A stretch of 64,000 nucleotides of DNA from an uncultured Caulobacterales bacterium (GCA_903837135.1 CAILTK010000030.1:3599-67598), one strand, 5' to 3'; positions 9,795-18,981 are shown, counted from the first letter of the stretch. Program-made: numbers and translations. The notes: generated from the letters alone by a model not told the origin.

Positions 9795-11261
9795 ATGTCC
9801 ATTCTCGCCGCAGCAAGCCAGGTCGTCGCGCCTGAGGCCGATGGGGACGCGGAGGCTGTCGCCCAATTGCGCCACGCCTTCATGGCGCAGCGCCGCGCCT
9901 TCGCCGAGGACCGATATCCGTCCCTGGCGGAGCGCCGGAGCCGGATCGAGAAGCTGATGGGCATGATGCTCGCCAACCGTGAGCGGATCAGCGCCGCCCT
10001 AAGCCAGGATTTCGGTTCGCATCCCACGCCGGCCTCCGACCTCATCGAGGTGCTCGGCGTCCTGGGCCGCGCCCGCTATGTCCTGGACCACCTGGAAGAG
10101 TGGATGCGCCCGTCGCCCCGCGAGACCGAGGCGTCGATGATGGGAACGTCGCAGGCTTACATCCAGAGCCAGCCCAAGGGCGTGGTGGGCAACATCGTGC
10201 CCTGGAACTTCCCGTTCGACATCGCCGTCGGGCCGATGATCGAGATGCTCGCGGCGGGCGATCGAGTGATGGTCAAGCCGTCCGAGTTCACCCCGGCCAG
10301 CGCCGCCCTGCTTCGCGAGATGGTCAGCGCGACCTTCGATCCGACCCTCGTCTATGTCGCGGTGGGCGGCCTGGACCTCGCGCGCGCGTTCGCCAGTCTT
10401 CCCTTCGACCACCTGCTCTACACGGGAAGCCCGAACGTCGGCCGGCAGATCATGGCCGCCGCGGCGCCGAACCTCACCCCGGTTACGCTGGAGCTCGGCG
10501 GCAAGTGCCCGGCCCTTCTGACGCCCGGAACCGTGACCGCCCGCAACGTCGAAGCGGTAATGGGGGTCAAGACGATCAAGAACGGACAGATGTGCATTTC
10601 GGTCGACTATTGCCTCGTTCCGCGGGGCGAAGTGGAGCAGTTCGTGCGGGAGGCGCGCGCCTTCATGGACCGGGCCGCGCCCGATTACTCCAAGAGCGAC
10701 GACTGCACGGGCATCATCTCGCTGCGCCACCTGGATCGCCTGTCCGACTTGCTGAGCGAGGCGCGGGACCGCCAGAGCCGTATCGTCGCCCTCGAGCCGG
10801 ACGGACGCGTCGACCGGACGACCCGCCGCATGCCCATCTCCCTGGTGATCGATCCGGCGCCGGACCTCAGGCTCATGACGGAAGAGATCTTCGGGCCGAT
10901 CTTGCCGGTGATTCCCTACGATGAGGTCGACGACGCCGTGGCGCTCATCAACGCCGGCGAACGCCCGCTTGGCGTTTACGTGTTCAGCGACGACGCGGCG
11001 GCCACCGATCGCATCCTCGCGAACACGGTTTCCGGCGGCGCGGCCGTCAACACCTGCGCCATCCAGGGCGGCCTGCCTTCGCTGGCGTTCGGCGGCGTGG
11101 GCATGAGCGGCATGGGCCGCCATCATGGGGTCGAGGGCTTCCGCGAGTTCTCAAACCAGCGGGGCGTCGTGGTGCGCGGCGAGGGCGATCATGTCGACGC
11201 CTTCTACGTGCCCTACAGCACGGCCGCGGCACTGGTGGAGGCGGCGCTGGCGTCCGCCTGA
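9795..11261 (+). CDS. NAD(P)-dependent aldehyde dehydrogenase (coniferyl-aldehyde-dehydrogenase-like)
   Basis: ORF 9702..11261. Start placed at MSILAAAS, preceded by AGGAGG. Motifs ELGGKCP and NGQMCISVDY (catalytic Cys) are present. Confidence 0.9.
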   Translation: MSILAAASQVVAPEADGDAEAVAQLRHAFMAQRRAFAEDRYPSLAERRSRIEKLMGMMLANRERISAALSQDFGSHPTPASDLIEVLGVLGRARYVLDHLEEWMRPSPRETEASMMGTSQAYIQSQPKGVVGNIVPWNFPFDIAVGPMIEMLAAGDRVMVKPSEFTPASAALLREMVSATFDPTLVYVAVGGLDLARAFASLPFDHLLYTGSPNVGRQIMAAAAPNLTPVTLELGGKCPALLTPGTVTARNVEAVMGVKTIKNGQMCISVDYCLVPRGEVEQFVREARAFMDRAAPDYSKSDDCTGIISLRHLDRLSDLLSEARDRQSRIVALEPDGRVDRTTRRMPISLVIDPAPDLRLMTEEIFGPILPVIPYDEVDDAVALINAGERPLGVYVFSDDAAATDRILANTVSGGAAVNTCAIQGGLPSLAFGGVGMSGMGRHHGVEGFREFSNQRGVVVRGEGDHVDAFYVPYSTAAALVEAALASA

Positions 11262-11281
11262 CGTCGCACCCGCTCGGTGAA

Positions 11282-11297
11282 ACCGGCCTCGGCCGGT
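11282..11297. terminator. GC hairpin between convergent genes (possible bidirectional terminator)
   Basis: ACCGGCC..GGCCGGT inverted repeat between the aldehyde dehydrogenase stop and the methyltransferase stop. Only a short T tract (TTTCAC) on the minus strand. Confidence 0.3.
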
Positions 11298-11341
11298 CTT
11301 GGGCGCACCGGGCGCCGCCGGTTCTCACCCGCAAACACGGA

Positions 11342-12166
11342 CTAAAGTTCGGCCACCATCAATTTCGACGAAACCAACACTTCGTTGAACTCCGCGCGAA
11401 TACCCCGCGAGAGGTCATCGATAGAATAAATCGTCGTCACCATGCCGCTCCAATTCAGGATGTGACCGGCGATATCGTAGCCCCAGTCGACGGTGACGAG
11501 CGATCCGGAGGCGTCGATCGGATTTTGATGATACTCGGCAGGAAGCAGGTGTGTAATCGCTCCATCCGGGCTGATCGTCGCTCGGCGACCGCTGGCTTGA
11601 GCCTTTCGCACTAGCGGAACCGTAAAGATGTGCAATCCGCCGGGGCGCAAAGTCCGCGCAATTTCTCGCGCTGCGCGGTCCGGATGAAAGATATGTTCAA
11701 AGACGTCCTGCGTGATGACCAGATCAAACGACGCGTCGGCGAAGGTCTGCGCTTCTAGGTCTTCGCTCCGGTATCCGCCGTCCGGGGACATCGTGCCGAA
11801 CGGCGTCGACAGGTCGTATTGGGTGGCGGTGTAGGTTCCGCATTCCCGAGCCAACCGCGCGCTCACGCGAGAAGATGGCGAGCTTTCATGAATCTCCAGG
11901 TCGCGCCAATTCGGTCTCAATTCGGAGAGCACAGCCGCCAGCGCGCGTTCCCTGGGAATGGAGCCGCATTTCACACAGATGAAGTAGTCTCGCAGCCAAG
12001 GGTTTTCGGATTTGAATTCAGTCGCCTGCTCACAGACCGGGCAGACTCCGGTCGCCTTGAGCACGAACTCCGGTCCTGACGTTACCGGGGGCGCAGGAGG
12101 TTCAGTCCGTTTGGACGGGAGCTTGCCACGCTTGCCCAGGCGTTCGCGCAACGACGAAATAAACAT
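11342..12166 (-). CDS. class I SAM-dependent methyltransferase with N-terminal CxxC..CxxC zinc ribbon
   Basis: 274-aa ORF. CPVCEQ...CVKCGS ribbon plus a methyltransferase-type core (DLVITQDVFEHIFHPDRAAREIARTLRPGGLHIFTVP). GC is visibly lower than in neighbouring genes. Confidence 0.8.
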   Translation of the reverse strand: MFISSLRERLGKRGKLPSKRTEPPAPPVTSGPEFVLKATGVCPVCEQATEFKSENPWLRDYFICVKCGSIPRERALAAVLSELRPNWRDLEIHESSPSSRVSARLARECGTYTATQYDLSTPFGTMSPDGGYRSEDLEAQTFADASFDLVITQDVFEHIFHPDRAAREIARTLRPGGLHIFTVPLVRKAQASGRRATISPDGAITHLLPAEYHQNPIDASGSLVTVDWGYDIAGHILNWSGMVTTIYSIDDLSRGIRAEFNEVLVSSKLMVAEL

Positions 12167-12385
12167 ACGCTCTCACTCTGCGTGCGAAAGGCCGCGTGCA
12201 GACGCCGGGCGATACCACGTTCACGCTCCGGTTGCTTCTCTGATCAGGCCGATTCACAGAGCCTTTTTCTCCAGACGGGTGTTGTCCTCTGAAGCCGCTG
12301 CCCTACTCCGGCCGGCGAAAGACGTGGCGTTGCGACCCGCCCCGCGCCAGACCAGGAGGCTGGGATTGTTATCTGCCCTAGCCCC

Positions 12386-13381
12386 CTAAAGCTTCTGAGC
12401 ACAGATGATCAGCTGATAAGGGTCGATGGCGTTTAGCTCAACGCCTAATATTTTGAAGTTATTCCATTTATTCGAAAAGTATGACGGAGAGACTATGGTT
12501 GTTCCGTAAGGGGCGTCATAGTCTTTTGCCCACGCTTCGGGCTTGTGGGCGACACCCTTTTCGTCGAATTCTTGCTCAAGAGATTCGTCGTGTATGAAGC
12601 TCGTTATGAATTGCCTAGGTCTGACGGTGAAGACGAAGAGGCCGCCAGGTTTCAGGCGCGCGTGAACCGCGGCGCCGACCGCATTGATCGCCGGCTCGGA
12701 GATGTGGGTGAAGATTGAAACGGCGAAGGCGACGTCGATGTCTTGGCTGTCTCCGGTCAGTTCGGGCACCTGCCCGACGAGGGACAGGCTTCCCCTGTAA
12801 CCCAGGTCTGCAGCATATTTCAGACTGGTTTCCCACGCATCGACGCCATGCAGTTGCTCGGTGCTGACGAATTTATAGAGAAGCCGGGATATCCGCGCCC
12901 AGAATATGCCGTAGTCGAGAATGTGGATGTCGCGGGGCTCCAGCCCGGCCTGGCGGACAAAGTGGATCAGCGTCTTCACGAAGGCCGCCGCTTCGATCAT
13001 GGCCTGCTGGCCGGACGAGCCTACCGAGCCGATCTGGTCGCCTTCGCTCGGCATGGCGGGCAGCCAGTCGCGCAGGTTCGGATATTCGGGCGGCCGGTGC
13101 AGCGCCAGCAAGGCGAAGACGTCGAGGGGGACGGCGTCGAACAGCCGCGGAATCTCTCCGGCGGGCGTGGTCGGCAAGGCTGCGTCAGCCCTGTGGAGCA
13201 GGTCGGCGAAGTGGGCGCCTTCCAGCAGGAAGCGCGCATCGTATCGATCGGCGGCGGATACGGGCGGGGGCTCGTCCTCGGGGCGGGCTTCAGGCGGCGG
13301 CGAACGATCGCTCCTCCCACCGATCTTATCGCTGATAAATCTGCGCAGTCCGGAGACATTCAAGCTGCCGCTCCACTTCAT
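12386..13381 (-). CDS. class I methyltransferase-fold protein with an atypical motif I
   Basis: 331-aa ORF. DVAFAVSIFTHISEP..LKPGGLFVFTVRP is MTase-like. Motif I reads ILDYGIFWAR instead of the usual DxGxGxG. The 3-prime half is markedly AT-richer. Confidence 0.7.
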   Translation of the reverse strand: MKWSGSLNVSGLRRFISDKIGGRSDRSPPPEARPEDEPPPVSAADRYDARFLLEGAHFADLLHRADAALPTTPAGEIPRLFDAVPLDVFALLALHRPPEYPNLRDWLPAMPSEGDQIGSVGSSGQQAMIEAAAFVKTLIHFVRQAGLEPRDIHILDYGIFWARISRLLYKFVSTEQLHGVDAWETSLKYAADLGYRGSLSLVGQVPELTGDSQDIDVAFAVSIFTHISEPAINAVGAAVHARLKPGGLFVFTVRPRQFITSFIHDESLEQEFDEKGVAHKPEAWAKDYDAPYGTTIVSPSYFSNKWNNFKILGVELNAIDPYQLIICAQKL

Positions 13382-13435
13382 CGCCGACGGTTCTGTGTCC
13401 GACAGCGGACCACGGTTGCACTCCGAGCACAGCGC

Positions 13436-14443
13436 CTAGGCGATGTCCTTCAGCGCCTCGCCCAGGGCCTCGACCGCCTCGGGCGTCGTGGCCCAGGAGC
13501 ACATGAAGCGCACGCTCCCGTCCTGGAAGCGGTAGACGAAATAGCCCTTGGCGCGCAGGCGTTCGAGCGGGGCGTCGCCCATGGCCACGAACAGGGCGTT
13601 GGCCTGCCGCGCGTGGGTCAGTGCGAACGGCATCAGCGCAGCCAGGCGCTCGGCCATGGCGTTGGCGTGGCGCGAGCGCTCGAGCCAGGCGCCGCTCTCC
13701 AGGAGACCGATCCACGGCGAAGAGACGAACCGTCCCTTGGACGGCAGCTGCCCCGCCTGCTTCAGCCGCGCGTCGAACCGGCGTGACAGCCCCTTGTCGA
13801 ACAGGACGATGGCCTCGGACATCGAGGCGCCGGCCTTGGCTCCGCCGACGATGAGGATGTCGACGCCGAGGGTCTTGATCGCCTTGAGGTCGAAGCCGGC
13901 CGCGGCGGCGTTGGCCAGCCGCGCGCCGTCGAGATGCACGGGCAGGCCCTTGGCCTTGGCGCGCGAGGTCAGGGCGCGGACCTCCTCGACCGTGTAGAGC
14001 GTGCCGTATTCAGTGGCGTTGGTCAGCGACAGGGCCGCCGCCGACTGGCGGTAGGAGACGTCCGGCTGGCTCAGCGCGTCGTCGAGCGCCGCCGGGTCGA
14101 TCTTGCCGGACGCGCCCTTCAGCGGGATCAGGCCGAGGCCCTGGCCGAAGAAGCCCGGCGCGCCGGTCTCGTCGGTGCAGATGTGGGCGTGCTCGTGGGC
14201 GATCACCGATTCGAACGGCCGGCACAGGGCGGCGCAGCTCACCGCGTTGGCGGCGGTGCCCGAGGCGACGAAGCGCACGTCGGCGTCGGCGTCCAGAAGC
14301 GCGCGCACCAGGTCCGCCGCCCGGGCGGTCACGGGGTCGGTGGCGTAGCCGGAGGTGAAGCCGGCGTTGGCGGCGACGATCGCCTCCATCGCCTCGGGAC
14401 AGGCGCCGGCGGTGTTGTCCGAGGCGAAGGAGTAATCGGCCAT
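13436..14443 (-). CDS. ltaE: low-specificity L-threonine aldolase (beta-eliminating lyase family)
   Basis: 335-aa ORF. MADYSFASDNTAG..., SGTAANA and GGAKAG (PLP-Lys region) are typical of threonine aldolases. Confidence 0.85.
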   Translation of the reverse strand: MADYSFASDNTAGACPEAMEAIVAANAGFTSGYATDPVTARAADLVRALLDADADVRFVASGTAANAVSCAALCRPFESVIAHEHAHICTDETGAPGFFGQGLGLIPLKGASGKIDPAALDDALSQPDVSYRQSAAALSLTNATEYGTLYTVEEVRALTSRAKAKGLPVHLDGARLANAAAAGFDLKAIKTLGVDILIVGGAKAGASMSEAIVLFDKGLSRRFDARLKQAGQLPSKGRFVSSPWIGLLESGAWLERSRHANAMAERLAALMPFALTHARQANALFVAMGDAPLERLRAKGYFVYRFQDGSVRFMCSWATTPEAVEALGEALKDIA

Positions 14444-14477
14444 GTTCGGGTGCGGTCCGTGGTTCAGATCGGGGGGT

Positions 14478-15395
14478 TCAGATCGGGTCGTAGGGGAAGA
14501 CGCTGGCGGAGGCGCCGACGTCGGTGAAGCTGGCCTTCATGGAGGGCAGGGCCTGGTCGAGCAGGGTCTGCGGCGTCCAGCCTTCGATCCGGGCGACGGA
14601 GCGGACCGGGCGCGGCTGGTTGAACAGCACCACCTCGTTGCCGCGCACGGCGAAGATCTGGCCCGAGGTCTCCTTGGCCGCCGGCGAGGCCAGGGCCACG
14701 GCCAGCTGGGCCACCTGGTCGGCCCGCATGGCGTTCTTCATCCGCTCGACCCTTTGGGCCGAGGCCTCGTCCTTGACCGGGATGGTGGCGATCATCCGCG
14801 TCCAGGCGAAGGGGGCGATGATGTTGGAGCGGACGTTCTTGGCCAGCCCTTCCATGGCGATGATGCGCGACAGGCCCATCACCCCGAGCTTGGCGGCGGC
14901 GTAGTTGGCCTGGCCGATGTTGCCGATCAGGCCGGAGGTGGAGGTGAAGTGTACATAGGCTCCGTCCTGCTGGTCGCGGAACAGCTCGATCGAGGCGCGT
15001 GAGACGTTGTAGGCGCCTCTGAGGTGGACCTCGATCACCGCGTCCCAGTCGGCGTCGTCCATCTTGTGGAACATCTTGTCCCTGAGGATGCCGGCCGGGT
15101 TGATGATGGCGTGCAGGCCGCCGAAGGTGTCCCTGGCCTGTTCGACCATGGCCCTGACCGCGGTCATGCTGGCGACGCTCTCGGAGTTGGACACCGCCTC
15201 GCCGCCGGCGGCGCGGATCTCCTGGGCGGTCTTCTCGGCCGGGCCCGCGTCGCCTTCGTCGCCGCCCGTCACGCTGCCGCCGAGGTCGTTGGCCACCACC
15301 TTGGCGCCTTCGCGCGCCGCCAGGAGGGCGCACTCCTTGCCGATGCCGCCCGCCGCTCCGGTGACGATCACCACCTTGCCGTCAAGCACGCCCAT
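14478..15395 (-). CDS. SDR-family oxidoreductase (hydroxyacyl-CoA dehydrogenase-like)
   Basis: 305-aa ORF with TGAAGGIG cofactor motif and YAAAK catalytic motif. Confidence 0.85.
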   Translation of the reverse strand: MGVLDGKVVIVTGAAGGIGKECALLAAREGAKVVANDLGGSVTGGDEGDAGPAEKTAQEIRAAGGEAVSNSESVASMTAVRAMVEQARDTFGGLHAIINPAGILRDKMFHKMDDADWDAVIEVHLRGAYNVSRASIELFRDQQDGAYVHFTSTSGLIGNIGQANYAAAKLGVMGLSRIIAMEGLAKNVRSNIIAPFAWTRMIATIPVKDEASAQRVERMKNAMRADQVAQLAVALASPAAKETSGQIFAVRGNEVVLFNQPRPVRSVARIEGWTPQTLLDQALPSMKASFTDVGASASVFPYDPI

Positions 15396-15445
15396 GGCGC
15401 TCCTCCCTCGTCGTTGCCGAAAGCCCTATCGTTGCGGCGACAGGC

Positions 15446-16768
15446 TTAGGGGGTTGGCGCCGGGGCAGGCAAGGGGGTTTGCGTCGGCGCGATCAGCCGG
15501 TCGGCCTTGCGCAGGCTGGGAAACCAGACCGACCAGGCGCCGGTGACGATCAGGGCCCCGACCCCGCCGAACACGGCGGCGCCGACCGGGCCCAGGAGCC
15601 GGGCGACGATGCCGCTCTCGAATTCGCCGAGCTCGTTGGAGGCGCCGACGAACAGGGACGAGACGGCGCCCACCCGGCCGCGCATGTGGTCGGGGGTCAC
15701 GATCTGCACCAGGGTCTGGCGGATGTAGACGCTGAGCATGTCCGCGGCGCCCAGCACCGCCAGCATGGCCACCGACAGCCAAAGGGACGTGGAGAGGCCG
15801 AACACCGCCGTCGCCGCGCCGTAGACGCCCACGGCGGCGAACATCACCTTGCCGGCGTGGCGCTGCAGCGGCCGGACCGCCAGGATCAGGGCGACGGGCG
15901 CGGCGCCCAGGGCCGCGCCGGCGCGGAGCAGGCCGAACCCCTGCGGCCCCGCATGCAGGATGTCGCGCGCGAACACCGGCAGGAGGGCGGTGGCGCCGCC
16001 GAGCAGGACGGCGAACAGGTCGAGCGAGATCGAGCCGAACACGATCCGGTTGGTCCACACATAGACCATCCCCTCCTTCATCAGGGTCCAGCGCGAGCCC
16101 GGCTGCACCACCGGCCGGGTCGGCGTGCGGATGAACAGGAGGGCGATCAGGGCGGCGACGAACAGGGCGAGCCCCGCCAGGTAGGCGGTGGCCGGAGAGA
16201 CCGCGATCAACAGGCCGCCGAGGGCCGGGCCGGCGATCACTGCCGTCGTCCCGCTCAGGGAATTCCAGGCGATCGCGCGCGGCAACAGCGTCGCCGGCAC
16301 GAGCCGCGGCGCCATCGCCGACGCAGCCGGCCAGAAGTAGGCGCGCGTGACGCCGAACACGAAGGCCATCGCCAGCAGCAGCGGCAGGCTGGCCAGGTGC
16401 AGCAGGCTCGCGCCGGCCAGGACGACCAGGGTCAGGATCTCACCGAGCTCGCACAGCACCATGATGCCCTTGCGCTCACGCCGGTCGGCGGCCTCGCCGG
16501 CCGGCAGGGTCAGCACGATCAGCGGCAGGAAGGTGAAGAAGCCGAGCAGCGACACCATGAGCGCCGCCTGCCGCACGTCCATGTGCGTGCGGGCGATGTC
16601 GTAGACCTGCCACTGCAGGGTGACGCCCTCGATCATCACCGCCAGGCGCGCGACCCAGCGCGACAGCAGGAACAGCATGAAGTCCCGCTGGCCGAGCAGG
16701 CGCGGTGGTGGGTCGGGATCAGGATCGGGCATCGATCCAGCTATGAGGTTCGTCGGCGCGCGTCGCAA
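15446..16768 (-). CDS. MFS transporter (EntS/MFS_3-like)
   Basis: 440-aa ORF with about 12 hydrophobic segments. The exact start is uncertain (16768 or the internal MPDPDP). Confidence 0.85.
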   Translation of the reverse strand: MRRAPTNLIAGSMPDPDPDPPPRLLGQRDFMLFLLSRWVARLAVMIEGVTLQWQVYDIARTHMDVRQAALMVSLLGFFTFLPLIVLTLPAGEAADRRERKGIMVLCELGEILTLVVLAGASLLHLASLPLLLAMAFVFGVTRAYFWPAASAMAPRLVPATLLPRAIAWNSLSGTTAVIAGPALGGLLIAVSPATAYLAGLALFVAALIALLFIRTPTRPVVQPGSRWTLMKEGMVYVWTNRIVFGSISLDLFAVLLGGATALLPVFARDILHAGPQGFGLLRAGAALGAAPVALILAVRPLQRHAGKVMFAAVGVYGAATAVFGLSTSLWLSVAMLAVLGAADMLSVYIRQTLVQIVTPDHMRGRVGAVSSLFVGASNELGEFESGIVARLLGPVGAAVFGGVGALIVTGAWSVWFPSLRKADRLIAPTQTPLPAPAPTP

Positions 16769-16839
16769 CGATCCCTTTGCAACAATCCTTGTGCATTGCG
16801 GCTTTGGATATGCTCACGCATGCAGTAAGGGGCCGCGCC

Positions 16840-17358
16840 ATGAACGCGCAGACCACCACCCTCCCGCTCGAGATCGCGCCTGAGCGCGCCGAGCAGGCGC
16901 GCGCCGTCGACGCCCTGATCGAACGGGCCTTCGGTCCCGGCCGCTACGCCAAGGTGTCCGAGCGGGTGCGCGAGGGCAACCGCCAGCGCCTGGACCTGTC
17001 GTTCACCGCCGTCGCGGCGGGCGAGGTGGTGGGCGCGGTGCGCCTGTGGCCGGTGCGGATCGGCGCCGCGCGCGGCCTGTTCCTGGGACCGATCGCGGTC
17101 GAAGGCGCCTGGCGCAAGCACGGCATCGGCGGCGACCTGGTCGAGCGGGCCCTGGCGGCGGGCGGCGCCGCCGGCGAGCCCTTCGTGCTGCTGGTCGGCG
17201 ACCTGCCGCTGTTCGGTCCGCACGGGTTCGAGATCGTCCCGCGCGGGCGGGTGATCCTGCCGGGCCCGGTGGACCCGCGCCGGGTGTTGTGGCGCGCGCT
17301 GCGGCCCGGAGGGCTGGACGGCGTGGCCGGGCAGGCCCATGTCCCAGGGGATGGCTGA
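16840..17358 (+). CDS. GNAT-family N-acetyltransferase
   Basis: ORF 16777..17358. Start placed at MNAQTTT. GNAT motif A-like segment (PIAVEGAWRKHGIGGDLVERAL). Confidence 0.75.
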   Translation: MNAQTTTLPLEIAPERAEQARAVDALIERAFGPGRYAKVSERVREGNRQRLDLSFTAVAAGEVVGAVRLWPVRIGAARGLFLGPIAVEGAWRKHGIGGDLVERALAAGGAAGEPFVLLVGDLPLFGPHGFEIVPRGRVILPGPVDPRRVLWRALRPGGLDGVAGQAHVPGDG

Positions 17359-17899
17359 CACGAAAGCGGGTCTGGACGGAGTGATCGCGGCGGCGGGACA
17401 GGCGCCCGTGCGCGGCCTGCCGCCCGTCCACCTGTGGAATCCTGCGCATTGCGGCGAGATCGACATCCGCATCCGCCGCGACGGCCTGTGGTTTCACGAG
17501 GGAACGCCGATCGGCCGCGAGCCCCTGGTGCGGCTGTTCTCCACGGTGCTGAGGCTCGATCCCGACGGCTACCATCTGGTCACGCCGGTGGAGAAGCTGA
17601 AGATCGTCGTCGAGGACGCGCCGTTCCTGGCCGTGCGGGTCGACCGCGATGGCGCGGCGCTGCGGTTCCTGACCAACGTCGGCGACGAGGTCGAGGCCGG
17701 GCCGGAGCATCCGCTGCGGGTGACCGCCGATCCCCAAACCGGGGAGCCCGCGCCCTATCTTCTGGTCCGCCGGGGCCTCGAGGCGCGCCTGCGCCGGCCG
17801 GTGTTCTATGAACTGGTCGAGATGGCCGAGACGCGGGACGGCGAGATGGGCGTCCGGTCCAACGGCGCCTGGTTCCCGTTGGGACCGATACCCGCGTGA
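17339..17899 (+). CDS. DUF1285 domain protein
   Basis: 186-aa ORF. WNPAHCGEIDIRIRRDGLWFHEGTPI... matches my recollection of DUF1285. Followed by a Nudix CoA pyrophosphatase, as is common in alphaproteobacteria. Confidence 0.8.
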   Translation: MSQGMADTKAGLDGVIAAAGQAPVRGLPPVHLWNPAHCGEIDIRIRRDGLWFHEGTPIGREPLVRLFSTVLRLDPDGYHLVTPVEKLKIVVEDAPFLAVRVDRDGAALRFLTNVGDEVEAGPEHPLRVTADPQTGEPAPYLLVRRGLEARLRRPVFYELVEMAETRDGEMGVRSNGAWFPLGPIPA

Positions 17900-18546
17900 C
17901 GGCGATGACGCCGGACGCGCCGGTGGCCGACCTGGAGCCCTACCTCGCCCGCCGCCTGCTTCCGCTGGGTCCGTTCCCGAGCGAGGCGTCACGGTCGGAC
18001 TTCGATCTCAACCCGGACGGCCGCGTCATGGACCGGGTGCTGACCCCCGCGGCCGTGCTGGTGCCGCTGGTGGAACGCCCCACCGGTCTCACCGTCCTGC
18101 TCACCCGCCGCTCCGACAGCCTGAGGCGTCACTCCGGCCAGGTGGCGTTTCCGGGCGGCAAGGCCGAGCCCGGTGAAACGCCGGTTGAGACCGCTCTTCG
18201 CGAAACCTTCGAGGAGATCGGCGTCGACGGACGGTTCATCCGTCCGATCGGCACGGCCGACACCTACGAGACCGGCACCGGCTTCGCCATCACCCCGGTG
18301 GTGGCCCTGCTGTCGCCGGACTTCACCATCGTCCGGCAGGAGGCCGAGGTGGCCGAGGTGTTCGAGACTCCGTTCGCCTTCCTGATGGACCCGGCCAATC
18401 ACGAGCTTCGGGTGATGAAGGCCCCAGACGGGATCGAGCGCCGCTTCTACGCCATGCCCTACGAAGAGCGCACCATCTGGGGCGCCACCGCCGGCATGGT
18501 GCGCGGGCTGTACGACCGCTGGTTTGGGGGAGCGGCTGGAGACTAG
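17896..18546 (+). CDS. CoA pyrophosphatase (Nudix hydrolase)
   Basis: 216-aa ORF with Nudix box GGKAEPGETPVETALRETFEEIGV and the upstream LLTRRS motif typical of NudL-type enzymes. Confidence 0.85.
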   Translation: MTAMTPDAPVADLEPYLARRLLPLGPFPSEASRSDFDLNPDGRVMDRVLTPAAVLVPLVERPTGLTVLLTRRSDSLRRHSGQVAFPGGKAEPGETPVETALRETFEEIGVDGRFIRPIGTADTYETGTGFAITPVVALLSPDFTIVRQEAEVAEVFETPFAFLMDPANHELRVMKAPDGIERRFYAMPYEERTIWGATAGMVRGLYDRWFGGAAGD

Positions 18547-18839
18547 GTTTCAGGCCGGCCCTCGCTCCGCAGGGTGCTCAGCAAAAGCAGGCCGATGCCC
18601 GCGTCAAGGGCCGCGTCCGCGACGTTGAAAAACCAGACGAAGCCAATCTTCCTGGCGTCCAGGACGTCCACGACGGCGCCGACGAAGAGCCGGTCGAGGG
18701 CGTCGCCGACGGCGCCCGCCATGATCAGAGCCAAACCGAAACGGGTCAGGGACCTGATCGGTCCGGCCCCGACGACGTAGAACAGCACGGCGACCACCGC
18801 CGCCGTCAGCGCGCCGGGTCTGCTGGCCCTTGCATTCAC
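18543..18839 (-). pseudogene. LspA (signal peptidase II)-like C-terminal fragment, about 98 codons from a GTG
   Basis: The C-terminal part of ORF 18543..19133 reads ...IMAGAVGDALDRLFVGAVVDVLD...FFNVADAALDAGIGLLLL, corresponding to the second half of LspA. No LspA-like N-terminal half appears in any frame upstream. Confidence 0.5.
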
Positions 18840-18921
18840 GCCGAACCCTGACGGGCCAGGCGGCGCTTGCAGAGTCCCGAGCTGCGCCGCGCGTCGCACA
18901 CGACCGTGACGGCGCCGCGGC

Positions 18922-18946
18922 GGAACAATCCCCGGCGCCGCCCGAT
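18922..18946 (+). promoter_or_regulatory. candidate ECF (EcfG/SigT-type) promoter GGAAC-N16-CGAT
   Basis: GGAAC at 18922-18926 and CGAT(T) at 18943-18947, about 35 nt upstream of the ATG of the general-stress-protein-26-like gene. Confidence 0.4.
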
Positions 18947-18981
18947 TAGAGCAGGATCGCGAACGCTTGAGAGGTAGCACC

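Noticed and set aside
11262-13435. Classifying the low-GC methyltransferase islet as a mobile element
   Set aside because: I found no integrase, transposase, tRNA attachment site, or inverted or direct terminal repeats in the flanks. It is reported only as a compositional islet.
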